Shown here: in pieces, positions 62,501 through 64,000 of the stretch
Layout: each line of letters begins with the position of its first letter
How positions within the stretch are numbered: position 1 is the stretch's first letter
From: Paraspadella gotoi
Lineage: Eukaryota; Animalia; Chaetognatha
Direction: 5' to 3'
Assembly: GCA_051294375.1 (NCBI GenBank)
Contig: CM119264.1
Span: 23,123,955 to 23,187,954 of the forward strand
Length of the DNA: 64,000 nt
Program-made: the position numbers and the translations under genes
Notes under the pieces: generated by a model
Databases searched by the model: none
What the model was told of the DNA's origin: nothing
What the model saw: the letters and a program-made list of their open reading frames with translations, nothing else

Positions 62501-64000
62501 GTGTATTTGATTGCTGCGTGACTTGCTGCTCGTGTCGTCGGCAGGGGTCGCGGTGACGGCTGAAACAACGTCGACGCCAGCAGCGCCAGTGTCGATGTGG
62601 TCATTTAGACGTTCATCTTTCAGAGATTCTGTTGAGACAGGGTCTTCCGCGACCATCGAGGCGGCGTTATTCTCCATTTCGGCCAAATCGTTGAAAGTAA
62701 ATGGAATTTGAATTCAAACCAGAAAGAAAAACCGTTTATTGGCGGCAGGTTTCTTAATGTCCTCTAATCTTTTACTCAAAGTCAAAGAGTAAAAGAATGA
62801 AAAAATAATTTAAAACAGGTTTTTGCGTCGGTAAAAGAAATCTGGGGACCACCGATCCGTATTTTATCCAGTCCCGGGAATGTCTCGCAGGTTCTTTCAA
62901 AACAGGTTACTTTCTCGACTCAAATGACAGATTCATAAGCAATTAAGCAATAAGCATCCCGTCTGATTCTTTATGATAAGAAAGACTTATGTACGAGAAA
63001 AAAAAAAGCCAAATTTGTTTCTCGTTTAACAAGCTTGAAATAAAAAGTACTGTTTGACTCAAATATACAATTAATGTAATACAATTATATAATAAGTCTC
63101 GTAGTTTAACTACAATTTTATAATTACTGTTATGGTGGACTAAAATCCACCAACCGTTCATCAGTGGCAATTGGTGCCGGAGGCAAGTCATTCGCCTCCC
63201 AACCCAAAGCTCCGGGGTTCTAGCCCGGTGGCCGCCTGGCAGTTAAGAGGGACGGGGCGCTTAACCCGCCTGTAACACGGTGTTACAGCCTGATCCGAAG
63301 CTCAGGGACTGCTTACATTGAACGGTTCTGTCACTTACACATAACAATAATTACTATCTCTTCACTGTCGTAGTTTAAATTAGCAAAGAAAACCGTGGAT
63401 CGTTATTGATAAGTCAAATCTAAAATTAATGAATTATCAATCTGTATGTTGACCATTTGTTAAATTTGAACAATCTAGGTTGGCCAAAGTGCGTCACACT
63501 TTTATCAACCAATCACTTGCCTCGGATTCGCGACGAATGTCAAAAAAATTCCGGAAGGAAAAACGCTATCTGGACGAGGAGCAGAACAAACTGATTCTCA
63601 GCCTCAAAAGCGTGAGTTTCTGTCGTTATTACTGTTGTTGTCAAATGCCAGCATTGAGATTGACAAAAAAGCGGGAAATTTTATGAGTTTCTATTATATC
63701 TTAACAGTATTTTTACAGTATGTTCCTTCTTTATCAGTATCGAGAGGAGTTGGAGGTATGCCGCGCGGAAACTCGCGACCCTCGACCGACGACTCGCGAC
63801 ATCCTCCGACGCCACGACGCCAAGACGCAGCAGCTGCAGCAAAGATCCGTCACGCAGCCTAATCGAACTGATTCGCCCCCGCAGCAGCAGGAGCACCAAC
63901 CGACGACTTTTTCCGGCGAGCTTCGCTTTCCCTCGCCCCAAAGTCCCTTTCCGGCGGTGAACCCGTTGCCCGGCAGTCGGATGGGACACGCCCTTCCGGC
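59546..64000 (+). CDS. Uncharacterised coiled-coil protein, 3'-truncated; exons (59529)59546-59850, 63479-63611, 63738->64000
   Basis: MPHLPILTRSP...SDGIPWDPKNK|LAKVRHTFINQSLASDSRRMSKKFRKEKRYLDEEQNKLILSLKS|YREELEVCRAETRDP... Donor AA|GTGAAT (phase 2) matches acceptor TCTAG|G, and AGC|GTGAGT (phase 0) matches ATCAG|TAT; the frame stays open to the window end. Confidence 0.7.
60472..62677 (-). CDS. DZIP3-type HEPN domain - coiled coil - Kelch (KLHDC1/2-like) propeller protein, 701 aa; exons 62677-61861 and 61760-60472
   Basis: A 100-nt GTAAGT...TTTCAG intron joins the 309-aa and 422-aa ORFs in frame (2,106 nt). HEPN: EKCDVQLFDHVII...SQKLKSIRNRVAHQGGLGLNDEEFEESFNILK. Six Kelch GG motifs: LFWGG, YLFGG, YFFGG, FIHGG, LLVGG, FCFGG, with PSPRE/PSPRA. 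AATAAA at 60210-60205. Confidence 0.9.
63130..63364 (+). mobile_element. 235-bp interspersed repeat, copy 2
   Basis: Reverse complement of 57496-57730 with scattered substitutions. Confidence 0.85.

Noticed and set aside
60472-62677. Bacterial contamination or recent horizontal transfer of the HEPN-Kelch gene
   Set aside because: It has a canonical spliceosomal intron, an animal KLHDC-like propeller and a poly(A) signal, and is contiguous with host exons.
63163-63236. Functional tRNA-Gly gene
   Set aside because: Anticodon and D stems do not pair, the T-loop is TTCTAG, and it is embedded in a longer repeat; treated as tRNA-derived.

Overview
Eukaryotic (invertebrate, probably protostome/spiralian, judged from the tensin SH2 signature) genomic window. 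It is AT-rich, dense in (GA)n/(GAC)n microsatellites and contains four N-gaps. Most of the ORF track is microsatellite noise; the real genes are spliced and were rebuilt by hand from GT-AG sites and phase continuity. Left to right: (1) 3' part of a single-pass membrane protein gene (+); (2) a short EF-hand/C1orf87-C-terminal-like gene (+); (3) a ~2,500-aa, 17-coding-exon tensin (SH2-PTB) with no PTP/C2 region in view (-); (4) two divergently transcribed, unusually compact Cys-loop (GlyR/GluCl-type) channel subunit genes with non-canonical M2 pores, separated by a ~145-bp satellite array containing an inversion; (5) a coiled-coil protein gene (+) whose 3.6-kb intron hosts, antisense, a two-exon gene encoding a DZIP3-type HEPN domain with intact RxxxxH motif fused to a six-blade KLHDC-like Kelch propeller; (6) two inverted copies of a 235-bp tRNA-derived, Helentron-like-ended repeat. 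The nested HEPN-Kelch gene and the minimal pLGIC pair are the strongest novelty candidates. Family assignments come from motif recognition, not database searches.
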